Of a stretch of DNA of 64,000 bases, positions 43,519-53,723 are shown piece by piece. A model generated the notes under the pieces. That model did no database searches, was not told where the DNA came from, and saw nothing but the letters and a program-made list of their open reading frames with translations. Each line of letters opens with the position of its first letter. Position 1 is the stretch's first letter. A program made the position numbers and the translations under genes. This stretch comes from an uncultured delta proteobacterium (lineage in GTDB: Bacteria; Myxococcota; Kuafuiibacteriia; Kuafuiibacteriales; Kuafuiibacteriaceae): NCBI GenBank assembly GCA_963803435.1, contig CAWDML010000001.1, positions 736,001 through 800,000 of the forward strand, written 5' to 3'.

Positions 43519-44492
43519 AGGAGCTTGAACCCGAGATCGACGACGTCCGCGCGCGGATCCTCCAGCACCGGCGCGATCTCGCCGAGTACTTCGTCAAGCG
43601 GAGCGAGGAGATCGATCTGGCGGTCGTGTGCGCGGCGGCGCAGGAGCCTCTCCTGTTCGTGGGCCCGCCCGGCACGGCGAAGAGCGACCTGGTGGTGAAG
43701 TTCGTCGAGAGCATGGGCCTCGGCGCCGGTGACTACTTCGAGTACATGCTCACCAAGTTCACCGAGCCGAGCGAGATCCTCGGTCCTATCGACATCGAGA
43801 AGCTGAAGGAGGGCCGCTTCCTCCGGCGCACCCGCGGCATGCTGCCCACCGCCAAGGTGGCCTTCCTGGACGAGATCTTCAAGTCGAACAGCGCGATCCT
43901 CAACACGCTGTTGACCATCCTCAACGAGCGCAAGTTCTACCAGGACGGCGAGCCGATCCCGGTGGCGCTCATGATGCTGTTCGCAGCCACCAACGACATC
44001 CCCGACCAGACCGAGCTGGAGGCGATGGCCGATCGCTTCGCCATCAAGGTGGAGACGCGGCCGGTGAAGGACACGCACTTCACGGAGCTCGTCGACGCCG
44101 GCATCATGAACGAGGGCTACCGCGCCACCGGCCGCAAGCCCTGGGCGCGGGCCTCGGCCTCGTTCGAGGACTTCACCAAGCTGAAGCGCTTCATGGATCT
44201 CATGTTCTCCAGCACGGGTGATCGCGGCGCCGATCGCGACCATTGGTTTCCTGCCCCGGTGTTCGCGGAGATGCGCCGCATCGTCCGGGCGCTGGAGCAG
44301 GAGGACAAGGTCTTCGTCTCCGATCGCAAGCTGGTGAAGCTCTACAAGCTGATTCGGACCCGCGCGTTCCTCTTCCACGGCGGCGCCGTCACTCCCGAAG
44401 ATCTCCGCCTCCTCGCCTACGTGGGGAACCGTGTGCACGAGCTCCCGGTGGTGGCCGAGAAGGTGCACGCTCTGCTCGGGATCGCCGAGTAG
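43506..44492 (+). CDS. MoxR/RavA-type AAA+ ATPase
   Basis: GPPGTAKS, YFEYMLTKFTEPSEILGP, FLDEIFKSNSAILNTLLTILNER, DRF, SDRK. Confidence 0.9.
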   Translation: MWSLEELEPEIDDVRARILQHRRDLAEYFVKRSEEIDLAVVCAAAQEPLLFVGPPGTAKSDLVVKFVESMGLGAGDYFEYMLTKFTEPSEILGPIDIEKLKEGRFLRRTRGMLPTAKVAFLDEIFKSNSAILNTLLTILNERKFYQDGEPIPVALMMLFAATNDIPDQTELEAMADRFAIKVETRPVKDTHFTELVDAGIMNEGYRATGRKPWARASASFEDFTKLKRFMDLMFSSTGDRGADRDHWFPAPVFAEMRRIVRALEQEDKVFVSDRKLVKLYKLIRTRAFLFHGGAVTPEDLRLLAYVGNRVHELPVVAEKVHALLGIAE

Positions 44493-44497
44493 TGACG

Positions 44498-45907
44498 ATG
44501 GTCCGGCGCCTGGAGAAGAGCGAGCTCATGCCGGCAGTCACGGCCTGGGCGTACGCTGCAGGCGCCGGCGGAAAGCCGCGCGAGACCATCCCGCCCGCGC
44601 TGGAGTGGTTGAGAAAGCTCTGGGAGCTCGGCCACGACCATCTGCCGCTCGATCTGGTCCACGACCTCGGGCACCTCTTGATCGCGGGGCGCGACTTCGC
44701 GTTCGCCTCGGATCGACGGCTCGACGGCTGGTCGGAGGAGGAGCGGCGCTGGCGGCTCGAGTACGAGGATCGAACGCTCGCACGCTGGGCCCTGGATCCG
44801 ACGCTGGCCGACGCCCACGTGGCCATCGCCGGCGTGAACGTCGAGCTCCGGAGCACCGCGGTGGTGCACGCGATCGGGCTGGCGCTGGCCGGCGTCACCG
44901 CCGACGTCGTGCGCGGAAACTCGGCGCTGCTCCGCACCGAGGCGGAGGGGATGAGAGCGGCGATCGCCGAGCTGCCCGAGGAGGACGAGGAGTGGCGCGA
45001 GATCGTCGATCCTGCCTGGCTCGAGTGGGTGCTCTCCGCCCGGCGCGTGGTCCTCACGTCGCTGGTCCGACCGCGTCTCTGGTCAGAGGAAGATCTCTGG
45101 GAGATCGCACACCTCGACCGGCTGCCCAGCGAGTCCGCGCGCCTCGCCTTGCGCGAGATCCACCGGGCCACTCTCCGCATCGGGCCCGTCGACGCCACCA
45201 CCTCGCTCAGGGTGAAGCGCCGCGCCAAGGAGGTCCCCATCGACGAGGAGATGGCGGATCAATATCCAGCAGGCGGCTTCGAGGCGCTGAGCAATCGGGG
45301 ACGCTTCGAGAACCTGGTGCGCTCCGAGATCGCCTACGTGGGCGAGGCCGGCGCCGGGTCGGGCGTCGATCTCTTCGACGTCCGCTTCGCGCAGGGTGAG
45401 CTCCTCTTCTACACGCGCGACGAGAGCCCGATGCTCGACGCCCGCACCGACGTCACGGTCGTGATCGATCGTCCGAGCGAGCTGCGCCACAAGCACGCCG
45501 CGCTCCCGGCCCAGACGCTGGTGATGGTCGAGGGCCTGGCGCTCCGCCTGCAGGCCGACCTGGTGGCGATGCTGGGTCCCTCGGCCAGCCGCATGAGCCT
45601 CGAGTGGCTCGCGCGCCCCGAGGACCGGAGCGTGATCGAGGAGGAGCAGGCGCTCCTGGAGATGACGCTGGCCGCCGAGCTCGCGCACGACCGCGTCCAG
45701 CTTCACACGCGCAGCGCCTGGGCCGAAGTGGGCGCGCGCGGCCGGATTGTATTCTCGCCGCTGCCGCCGGCGCCGGGGGTCGAGCGGAGCGCGTGGGTTC
45801 GCGTCGGCGAGCAACGCTGGTCGGTAGAAGACGTGACCATCGACGCCTCCGACCCGGCCGGCCTGCGTGAGATCGCGGATGCGTTGCTCGTTCGACTGTG
45901 GGCATGA
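44498..45907 (+). CDS. MoxR partner with degenerate vWA-like domain
   Basis: YPAGGF...GRFENLVRSE...FDVRFAQGELLFYTRDE, then VTVVID lacking a canonical DxSxS. Confidence 0.6.
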   Translation: MVRRLEKSELMPAVTAWAYAAGAGGKPRETIPPALEWLRKLWELGHDHLPLDLVHDLGHLLIAGRDFAFASDRRLDGWSEEERRWRLEYEDRTLARWALDPTLADAHVAIAGVNVELRSTAVVHAIGLALAGVTADVVRGNSALLRTEAEGMRAAIAELPEEDEEWREIVDPAWLEWVLSARRVVLTSLVRPRLWSEEDLWEIAHLDRLPSESARLALREIHRATLRIGPVDATTSLRVKRRAKEVPIDEEMADQYPAGGFEALSNRGRFENLVRSEIAYVGEAGAGSGVDLFDVRFAQGELLFYTRDESPMLDARTDVTVVIDRPSELRHKHAALPAQTLVMVEGLALRLQADLVAMLGPSASRMSLEWLARPEDRSVIEEEQALLEMTLAAELAHDRVQLHTRSAWAEVGARGRIVFSPLPPAPGVERSAWVRVGEQRWSVEDVTIDASDPAGLREIADALLVRLWA

Positions 45908-45914
45908 TGGGCCG

Positions 45915-47267
45915 GTGCGGGGGCTGTTGATCGGACTCGCCCTGGCCGCGTGCGGGCCCACCCGGGCGCAGGTCGTGCTCCCGGAGCCTCCCGTCGATGC
46001 GTCCGCATCGTCCCTCGTCCTGGTGTTCGAGGGCGACACCACCTTTCTCTACGCGATCGATCTGACGGACAGCGCGGGACCACTGCTCGATCTGGTGACA
46101 CCAGGTTGGACCCGCCCCCAGTTCACCGCGGTCGCGTTCGCGTTCGACCGCCCGCTGGCCGACTACGATCTCGAGCCTGGCTTCCTCGATGTGGTCGCCG
46201 GACCCCGCTCGTGCGGACTCGAACGTCCGAGCGCAGTCGCCACGTACGACTCGTCGAAGGGGACCTGGCAGGCGCTCGATCCTCCGACGCACGGTGCGCT
46301 CGGCCGGCTCATCGACGAGGCCCACTACGGCTGCACGAAACGCGATCTGTGCCGCACGTTCACGGCACAGACCGTCACGCTCGAGCATCCGGACAACGTG
46401 AGCATCCTGCTGCCGCTCGACGACACCAAGGTCCTGATCGGCGTCACCTACGCGCACTTCTACGAGGTCTCTCCCACCGAGGCTGTCGAGCGGACCGACC
46501 TCGCCGGGCTTCCGTCCTCGTCGGGGTCGATCTCCGAGACGGGAGAGATCTGGTTGGGCGGCCACGGCGTGATCGCGCGAGGTACGCTCCTAGGAGGGTT
46601 CGAGGAGACCACCGTCGGCGAGTACGACGACGAGGTGGGCGCGATCGCCGTGCGCGGCCGGGCCGCCGCCGAGGAGGGGCTCGCCATCGCGGTCACCGAC
46701 ATCCCGGACTCCGACACGGCGACCATCACCGTGTACCGCCTGCGCGGCGGGGTGTGGACCCCCATCGAGCGGCACCTCGAGCCCAGCGGCGACGCCAGCC
46801 AGTGCGCCATCCGCTGGCTCGGCGATCAGGCGCTGCTGGTGTTCAGCGGCATCCACGGCCTGGCCTACGACGGGGCCGGCCTCACCTCCTTCGCGCTGGA
46901 CTCGCCGATCCCGCTGTTCGAGCCGCGCCTCAACGCCATCGCCGGACGGGACGACTTCGGCGTGGTCATCGGGACGAACGACGGCTATCTGTACCATCTG
47001 GCCGGCGGGCTCACCGACTTCGTCGCGATCCCGACGGCGCTCCTCGGCAACGGCATCGACGCGGTGGCGCCGGCGTACGAGGGCTTCCTGTTCGGCGGCC
47101 CGGACGGCACGGTGAATCAGTTCTATCCCGACACGATGGGCTGCAGCGCAGAGCGGCTGGCCACCTCGGACGCGGAGCGGATCCTACAGGTGGGCGAGCG
47201 CATCGTGATCACCGGAGGCAACCCCGACTATTCGAGGCCCAACACGGTTACCTGGCTTTCCGAGTGA
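45915..47267 (+). CDS. Hypothetical lipoprotein, probable beta-propeller
   Basis: LAAC lipobox; repeated short beta strands (IWLGGHG, VVIGTNDG, FLFGGPDG). Confidence 0.6.
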   Translation: MRGLLIGLALAACGPTRAQVVLPEPPVDASASSLVLVFEGDTTFLYAIDLTDSAGPLLDLVTPGWTRPQFTAVAFAFDRPLADYDLEPGFLDVVAGPRSCGLERPSAVATYDSSKGTWQALDPPTHGALGRLIDEAHYGCTKRDLCRTFTAQTVTLEHPDNVSILLPLDDTKVLIGVTYAHFYEVSPTEAVERTDLAGLPSSSGSISETGEIWLGGHGVIARGTLLGGFEETTVGEYDDEVGAIAVRGRAAAEEGLAIAVTDIPDSDTATITVYRLRGGVWTPIERHLEPSGDASQCAIRWLGDQALLVFSGIHGLAYDGAGLTSFALDSPIPLFEPRLNAIAGRDDFGVVIGTNDGYLYHLAGGLTDFVAIPTALLGNGIDAVAPAYEGFLFGGPDGTVNQFYPDTMGCSAERLATSDAERILQVGERIVITGGNPDYSRPNTVTWLSE

Positions 47268-47287
47268 CTTCGGATTAGATCGCGCGG

Positions 47288-48169
47288 GTGCAAGCCTATC
47301 TCGACATCGTGCGCGAAGTTCTGGCGAAAGGGACGCGCAAGGAGAACCGGACCGGGGTCGACACGATCTCCACCTTCAACATCAACTACGAGATCGATCT
47401 GTCTGCGGGCTTCCCGCTGCTCACCACGAAGGAGATCTCGTGGAAGAACATCGTCGTCGAGAACCTCTGGTTCCTCTCAGGCGACACCGACATCGGCCTC
47501 CTGAAGAAGCACGGCTGCAAGTTCTGGGATCCGTGGGCCGACGAGGGCGGACGGGTCCCGAGCGCCTACGGCAACTTCTGGCGGAGCTTTCCCGTGCACG
47601 ACCAGGCCGGCAGGGCCGCGTTCAACGATCAGGTGGCCTGGGTCGTCGAGGAGCTGAGGCGGAATCCGACGAGCCGGCGCCTCGTGATCAGCGCGTGGGC
47701 GCCCGGCAATGCGCAGACGAGCAAGCTCCCCCCGTGCCACTGCCTCTACGTGCTCAACGTGCAGATGGATGGGGACGGCGAGCCGCGCCTGTGCCTCCAC
47801 CTGACGCAGCGAAGCTGCGACGTCGCGCTCGGCGTTCCCTACAACATCGCCGGCTACGCACTGCTTCTCGAGCTCTTCGGTCGATTCTCCCGGATCAGGC
47901 CCGGCCTGTTCGCGCACACGTTGATCGATGCACACGTGTACACCGCCAAGCCGGACGGTTCGATGGCGGAGCACGACCACGTGCCCGGCCTGAAGGAGCA
48001 GCTCACGCGATCGCCGAGGCCCCTCCCCCGGCTGCGGATCTCCGACGCCATCCAGCGCCTGGACGACCTCAGGCCGCTCCTGGAAGCGGACACCGACACC
48101 GTGATGAAGCACTTCAAGCTCGAGGGCTACGATCCCTATCCCGCCATCCGCTTCAAGGTCGCGGTCTGA
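47288..48169 (+). CDS. thyA: Thymidylate synthase
   Basis: NRTG, FPLLTTK, SRR, LPPCH, QRSCD.ALGVPYN, DAHVY. Confidence 0.96.
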   Translation: MQAYLDIVREVLAKGTRKENRTGVDTISTFNINYEIDLSAGFPLLTTKEISWKNIVVENLWFLSGDTDIGLLKKHGCKFWDPWADEGGRVPSAYGNFWRSFPVHDQAGRAAFNDQVAWVVEELRRNPTSRRLVISAWAPGNAQTSKLPPCHCLYVLNVQMDGDGEPRLCLHLTQRSCDVALGVPYNIAGYALLLELFGRFSRIRPGLFAHTLIDAHVYTAKPDGSMAEHDHVPGLKEQLTRSPRPLPRLRISDAIQRLDDLRPLLEADTDTVMKHFKLEGYDPYPAIRFKVAV

Positions 48170-48170
48170 G

Positions 48171-48671
48171 ATGGCGAACAGAGAGATCCGGATGATCGCC
48201 GCCGTCTCCCCCGACGGCGTGATCGGCGTCGATGGTCGAATCCCGTGGCGCTACCCGAGCGACCTCGCTCGCTTCAAGCGCCTGACCACCAGCACCACGG
48301 TGATCATGGGACGATCCACGTACGAGTCGATGGGAAAGCCGCTCCCCAACCGGCGCAACCTCGTCGTGACGACGCGAGCGATCTCCGGGGTCGAGTGTTT
48401 CTCGACGCTCCCCGCCGCGCTCGAGTCCTGCACCGGCGCGGTCTGGCTGATCGGCGGCGCCCGCATCTATGCGGAGGGGATGGGCTACGCCGACCTGATC
48501 GACCTGACGTACGTCCCCGATGCGATCGATGTGACCGGCGCGGTCTTGTTCCCTCCGATCGACGAGGCGGTCTTCGAGCCGGGCCCTCGCACGCAGGATC
48601 CCGACGATCCGCGGCTCGAGCGTCGAATCTACCGCCGTCGCGCGACCGCCCGCAGCTCGAGCGCCACCTGA
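48171..48671 (+). CDS. folA: Dihydrofolate reductase
   Basis: GVIG..G.IPW..P.DL..FK, IMGR.T..S..KPLPNRRN, IGGA. Confidence 0.93.
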   Translation: MANREIRMIAAVSPDGVIGVDGRIPWRYPSDLARFKRLTTSTTVIMGRSTYESMGKPLPNRRNLVVTTRAISGVECFSTLPAALESCTGAVWLIGGARIYAEGMGYADLIDLTYVPDAIDVTGAVLFPPIDEAVFEPGPRTQDPDDPRLERRIYRRRATARSSSAT

Positions 48672-50053
48672 CGCTCGAGGATCGGCTTCAGCGATTCACC
48701 GTCGAGCTCTCCGGCGTCGAAGAGCGCGCGCTGGATCGCGAGCGCATCGGTGCTCTCCAGCCGATCCTCGGCACGGCTCCGCATCGCCCGCGCGGCCTCG
48801 TCCCACCGATGCTGCGCGAGCAGATCCTGGACGTGATGGTGGAAGCCCTCCAGGTCCGTAGCCATCGCCTCCGACCCGCTCGATCCTCGGCCGGCGAGAT
48901 GGAGCACCCCGGCGAACGAGATCAGCAGCATCGCGACGCTGGCGACGATGGGAACCATCCACCCGACCATCGATCGGCCGCGCCGCTTTCCCACGGGTCG
49001 GGCCGTCGGCATCGAGTCGGTGTGCACCGCGCCCGAGGCCTCCCCGCTCTCGCCGTCCTGGCTTCGCGGGATGACCTCCGGCCTGGAGGCCTCCGAGGCG
49101 GTCGTGTCGAAGGAGGCCGCGTCGACGGGGGTCAGGGTCTCGGCCGAGCTGGAGATCGAGAAGAGCTCGGCGATCGTCCTCGCCAACTCGGCCGGCGACA
49201 GGACGGCGATGCCTCCGGAGGCCGAGCTCAGGCTCTCAGCAAACGCGCGGCTGTCCTGCGGTCGCTGCTCGGGATCCTTCGCCAGCGCGGTCCTGACCGC
49301 GTCCCAGAGCGGCTCCGGGAGATGGGGTGCGACCTCGCGGAACGGTCTCGGCTGCGCCGTCAACACCGCGTGCAGGACCTCCTTCGGATCGCGGGTGGCC
49401 ACCACCGGGACGCCGGTCAGCGCCTCGTAGAGGATCGCGCCCACCGCGTAAAGGTCGCTCCGGCGATCGGTCTGGCCCCCCTCGATCTGCTCCGGCGCGG
49501 TGTAGCGGAACGTGCCCAGCACGACGCCCGGCGTGGTCTGGAATCGATCGACCTTCGCGGCGGCCAGTCCGAAGTCGATGATCTTCACCAGGCCGCTCCT
49601 GCTCAGCATGATGTTGTTCGGTGAGAGGTCGCGATGAACGATGTCGAGCGGTTCGCCCTCGGGCCCCCTGAGCGCGTGGGCGTGCTCCAGCCCGGCGAGG
49701 ACCGCCAGCGCGATCGCCAGCGCGGCGCCGGGCGGCATCGTGCGCCCGTCGAGCAGGCAGCGCTTGAAGATGCTGCGCAGCGTGTGACCGTCGATGTGCT
49801 CGAGCGCGAGATAGAAGATCCCGGACTCCACGCCGGCGTCGAGGATCCGCGAGACGTTGGGATGGTCGAGATACGTGAGCAAGTGTGCCTCGCGCTTGAG
49901 CCGCGAGAGGAGGCTCCGGTTCGAGCGGTACTCCATGCGCAAGAGCTTGAGGACGCAGACATGGTCGGCAGCATCGCGCCGGGCGAGATGGACCTCGCCC
50001 ATGCCTCCACGGCCGAGGGGCTCGAGGAGAAGGTAGCGTCCGAAGCGCTCCAC
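48629..50053 (-). CDS. Membrane-anchored Hanks-type Ser/Thr protein kinase
   Basis: GRGGMGEV, VLK, HRDLSPNN, DFG, APE, DLYAVG; one TM helix near the C-terminus. Confidence 0.92.
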   Translation of the reverse strand: MERFGRYLLLEPLGRGGMGEVHLARRDAADHVCVLKLLRMEYRSNRSLLSRLKREAHLLTYLDHPNVSRILDAGVESGIFYLALEHIDGHTLRSIFKRCLLDGRTMPPGAALAIALAVLAGLEHAHALRGPEGEPLDIVHRDLSPNNIMLSRSGLVKIIDFGLAAAKVDRFQTTPGVVLGTFRYTAPEQIEGGQTDRRSDLYAVGAILYEALTGVPVVATRDPKEVLHAVLTAQPRPFREVAPHLPEPLWDAVRTALAKDPEQRPQDSRAFAESLSSASGGIAVLSPAELARTIAELFSISSSAETLTPVDAASFDTTASEASRPEVIPRSQDGESGEASGAVHTDSMPTARPVGKRRGRSMVGWMVPIVASVAMLLISFAGVLHLAGRGSSGSEAMATDLEGFHHHVQDLLAQHRWDEAARAMRSRAEDRLESTDALAIQRALFDAGELDGESLKPILERQVALELRAVARRR

Positions 50054-50075
50054 TCGCCGTCGATTGTAGCGGCGA

Positions 50076-51362
50076 TCAGTTCGGGGAGCACACTTCGCGC
50101 CCCTGGATCAGCGCCCATCCGATCGATCCGAAGACACCGGGATCGTCGAGCGAATAGTTCCAGGCCAGCACGTCACCGTCGAAAGCGAGCGCAGCCGCGG
50201 GCCAGAACGCGTCGCAGCAGAGACACGGTGCGCCCACCGATGCGATCGTGATCGGATCCGGAGAGACGTCGGGATCGTAGAGTCGAACCTCGCCAGAGAT
50301 ACGATCCGCCGGAGGCGTGCAGAGCACATCCGCCGAGACGTACCGGATCCACGCGATCCGCCCTTGGGAGATGCGGGGCGCGAAGTGATAGCCGCCGTCC
50401 TCGAACAGCGCCTCGGTGCGAACACCGTCCCAGTAGGCGATGAACGCACCCGGCGGGACCAGGCTCCCACGCGCCATCCCGCCGCAGGCGGCCACCGCCC
50501 GATCTCCTTCGGCGGAGGGAGGACCGCAGGGGCCCGGGTGGAGCACCGTCGAGTCCGACGTGACCAGGTCGAGGCGGATCAACCGACCCATGTCGACGAA
50601 GAAGAGGAGCGGGTCGCCGGAGGCGGCCTCGCCGAGGACCGGCCAGTCGACGTCGCCCGTCCGGACCACGCGCGAGCGCCGCGTCGATTGCTCGTGGACA
50701 TGGAGGGTCGCAGCTTCGTCGCCGCGCTCGGTCCAGGCCAGGAGATCGCCCAAGAGCGCAGGCTGACCGTTGAAGGCGCCCTCTCCCTCGACGAGGAACG
50801 GTCCGTCGCTCGACGACCAGCGCCACAGCTCTGCGCCCGCCTGCCAGGCCGCGCTGTCTGCAGCGACCTGTCGGGCCTCTCGACCCTCGTAGCTCTCGAA
50901 CGTGAAAAAACCGAGCTCAGAGACGTCGCGGAGGTGCACCGCGTCTTCACCTTCTCTTCGATGGAATACATTCAGACGCGTTGTGGATCCGGAGCGGGTG
51001 CGCGTGGAAAAGAGGACCGCGCCGTCGCGAGCATCGATCAGATCGCTCTCGGCGCTGCCGTCGGTCACCTCGACGGTGCGGTCGCGCAGCGGATCGAAGG
51101 AGATGATCTGCGAGGTGCCGTTCACGGGTGCGGGGCGATTCGCGTAGACGAGCCCGCGATCGACGGCCACGTAACTCGGCACCCTCGACGGTCCAGAGGA
51201 CTCGAGCGTCCCGCGCTCGATCTCGGGCGGAAGCCGCGCGCACCCGCTCGATCCCGCATCGGGTGCCGGGACCTTTTGGCCTTGGCCCGGATCGAGCGCG
51301 AGCGTTCCGGCCTCACATCCCGCGAGGACGACCACGACTGCGAGCAGCTTCGGACTTCTCAC
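50076..51362 (-). CDS. Hypothetical lipoprotein, probable beta-propeller
   Basis: LAGC lipobox; repeated 'P...G..lAW' blades. Confidence 0.6.
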   Translation of the reverse strand: MRSPKLLAVVVVLAGCEAGTLALDPGQGQKVPAPDAGSSGCARLPPEIERGTLESSGPSRVPSYVAVDRGLVYANRPAPVNGTSQIISFDPLRDRTVEVTDGSAESDLIDARDGAVLFSTRTRSGSTTRLNVFHRREGEDAVHLRDVSELGFFTFESYEGREARQVAADSAAWQAGAELWRWSSSDGPFLVEGEGAFNGQPALLGDLLAWTERGDEAATLHVHEQSTRRSRVVRTGDVDWPVLGEAASGDPLLFFVDMGRLIRLDLVTSDSTVLHPGPCGPPSAEGDRAVAACGGMARGSLVPPGAFIAYWDGVRTEALFEDGGYHFAPRISQGRIAWIRYVSADVLCTPPADRISGEVRLYDPDVSPDPITIASVGAPCLCCDAFWPAAALAFDGDVLAWNYSLDDPGVFGSIGWALIQGREVCSPN

Positions 51363-51424
51363 CCGCCGGTTGTACGCCTTCTCGTTGCTCCTGCGGATCG
51401 GTTGACGGTACGGTCTCCATTGCG

Positions 51425-52594
51425 TTGTTCCTCCCGATCGGCGACTCCCCGAATCCGCGCAATTTCACGCCCTGGGTGAACTGGGCGCTGATCGCCACCA
51501 ACGTCGCGATCTACCTGTTCATTTCTCTACCGCTCTCCAGCCAGCCGGTCGACCCGAGCGACCCCATGCTCCGGGACTACGTCGAGATGCTCCGGCCGAA
51601 CCTGCCGGCCGGGGTCTCGCTCCACGACCTGCTGGCGAGCATCTCGGCGTACGACCTCTTCGTCCTCGCCCACGGGTACAAGCCGGCGGCGCCGGCGGTC
51701 ACCGACCTCTTCGCCTCGATGTTCCTGCACGCCAACTTCATGCACCTGGCGGGCAACATGCTCTTTCTCTGGATCTTCGGAGACAACTGCGAGCACCGCC
51801 TCGGCCGCCTCCTCTACCTGTTCGTTTACCTCCTGACCGGCGCGGCTGCGACGCTCACGTTCGCCGCCTTCGCCCACGGCTCGACCGCGCCGCTCATCGG
51901 AGCCTCCGGCGCGATCTCAGGCGTGCTCGGGATCTATTTTCTCCTGTTCCCGCGCAACCAGGTGAAGCTGCTGATCCTGATCTTCATCTTCTTCAGAGTC
52001 ATCTTGTTGCCCGCCCGCTGGGTGCTGGCCTTCTTCGTCCTGATCGACAATCTGCTCCCCTTCCTGACCGGAGCCACCGGAGGCGTCGCCTACGGCGCGC
52101 ACCTCGGCGGCTTCTTCGCCGGCCTCGCCATCGCGTGGGTCGGAGAGCGGGTCGGGTGGAGGCTGGGCGGGCGAGAGCCCTATCGCTCGCCGCCGCGACC
52201 GGAGCCCGGGGAGCGCCCGAGCGCCTCCGACGCGGAGCAGGCGATCGGGCGCGGTGATCGGGAGGCCGCGCTCGCCGTGTTCTCGAAGCTCGGTGGCACC
52301 GTCGCGACGCAGCTGACGCCGGCGGCCTGCGCACAGCTGGCCGAGTGGTTGATGGAGGCGGGCGCGCCCATCTCGGCGAACGATCTGCTCCGCCGGTGCC
52401 TCGGCCACCACCGCGGCGCCAGCGGCCCGGGCGTCGCCCGATTGCACCTCGCCATGGGCCTCCTCCGGCTCGCGAACGGTCAGCCGACCGCGGCGTATCA
52501 ATACCTCTTGTCGGTCCTCGATCATCATCCCGATCAGGAGACCGAGATGCGCGCTCGCCAGTATCTCAACACGATCGACGTGTATCGCCGATGA
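51425..52594 (+). CDS. Rhomboid intramembrane serine protease with C-terminal TPR-like region
   Basis: MFLHANFMHLAGNMLFLWIFGDN, GASGAISG, AHLGG; start TTG 51425 inferred. Confidence 0.88.
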   Translation: MFLPIGDSPNPRNFTPWVNWALIATNVAIYLFISLPLSSQPVDPSDPMLRDYVEMLRPNLPAGVSLHDLLASISAYDLFVLAHGYKPAAPAVTDLFASMFLHANFMHLAGNMLFLWIFGDNCEHRLGRLLYLFVYLLTGAAATLTFAAFAHGSTAPLIGASGAISGVLGIYFLLFPRNQVKLLILIFIFFRVILLPARWVLAFFVLIDNLLPFLTGATGGVAYGAHLGGFFAGLAIAWVGERVGWRLGGREPYRSPPRPEPGERPSASDAEQAIGRGDREAALAVFSKLGGTVATQLTPAACAQLAEWLMEAGAPISANDLLRRCLGHHRGASGPGVARLHLAMGLLRLANGQPTAAYQYLLSVLDHHPDQETEMRARQYLNTIDVYRR

Positions 52595-53723
52595 TGAGCG
52601 CCCCCAGCGCGCGAACCTCCTCCAGCGTGTGATCGGCCGAGACCGTCACCCGGAGGCGCGCGGTCCCGGCCGGCACCGAGGGCGGACGGATCCCCACCAC
52701 GTGGAAGCCGCCGTCGAAGAGCCGGCGCTGCGCCTGCATCACCGCCTCGGGCGTCTCCAGCACGATCTTGGTGATGGGGCTCTCCGCGGGCCGCTCCAGG
52801 ATCCTGGCCAGCGTCTCGACGCGCGACCAGAGACGGCGTCGTAGGTCTGCGCTCTCGGTCCCGATCCGGAGGGCTGCCCGCGCCGCCGCCACGACCGGAA
52901 GCGGTGAAGCCGTCGAGAACACGTAGGCGCGCCCGCGATTGAGCAGCCACCTGCGGACCTGCGGTGAGGTCACCGCAAACCCACCGAGCGCGCCCACGGC
53001 CTTGCTGAGCGTCCCGACCCGCACGTCGGCGCGATCGACGACGCACTGCTCCTGACAGACACCGCCGCCACGCTCGCCGAAGACCAGGGTGGCGTGGCTC
53101 TCGTCGACGAGCAGCGCGGCACCGTGACGCTCCGCCACCTCCGCGATCGCACGGAGCGGCGCGACGTCTCCGTCCATCGAAAACACGCTCTCCGTCGCGA
53201 TCAGCTTGCGGCCCTCGGCCGCGGCCAGCTTCGACTCGAGATCGGTGGCGTCGCAGTGACGGTAGGTGTGGACCGTGGCGCCGTTCCGCCGCGCGAGGCG
53301 GCAGCCGTCGATGATCGAGGCGTGGTTCAGCTCGTCCGAGAACACCGTGGTGCCGTCGTCGGCCAGCGTCTCCAGCACGGCCAGGTTGGCGGCGTAGCCG
53401 GTGGGAAAGAGCAGCGCGGCCTCGGTCCCGAAGAGCGCGGCCAGCTCGGCCTCGAGCGCCTCGTGCTGGTCGGTGTAGCCGCAGATCAACGGCGAGCCGC
53501 GCGGCCCCATGCCGTATCGCTCGACGACCTCGATGGCGGCCCGGCGGACCTCCGGATGCGCCGAGAGGCCGAGGTAGTCGTTGCTCGAGAACAGCGTCAA
53601 GCGCCAATCTCCAGAGCGCACATGGACGCTGTCCTCGGGCACGATCGGGCCCAGGGCGCGGAGGAGCCCGTCCGACTCCAGGCGCGCGAGCCCCGCCTCG
53701 ACCCAGCGCGACAGCTCGCTCAT
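52566..53723 (-). CDS. bioF: 8-amino-7-oxononanoate synthase
   Basis: FSSNDYLGL, SDELNHASIIDG, ESVFSMDGD, DESH, TLSKA, IRPPSVP. Confidence 0.93.
   Translation of the reverse strand: MSELSRWVEAGLARLESDGLLRALGPIVPEDSVHVRSGDWRLTLFSSNDYLGLSAHPEVRRAAIEVVERYGMGPRGSPLICGYTDQHEALEAELAALFGTEAALLFPTGYAANLAVLETLADDGTTVFSDELNHASIIDGCRLARRNGATVHTYRHCDATDLESKLAAAEGRKLIATESVFSMDGDVAPLRAIAEVAERHGAALLVDESHATLVFGERGGGVCQEQCVVDRADVRVGTLSKAVGALGGFAVTSPQVRRWLLNRGRAYVFSTASPLPVVAAARAALRIGTESADLRRRLWSRVETLARILERPAESPITKIVLETPEAVMQAQRRLFDGGFHVVGIRPPSVPAGTARLRVTVSADHTLEEVRALGALIIGDTRRSC

Noticed and set aside
47288-48671. thyA-folA as prophage or resistance cargo
   Set aside because: Ordinary chromosomal pair with no integrase, attC or phage genes nearby
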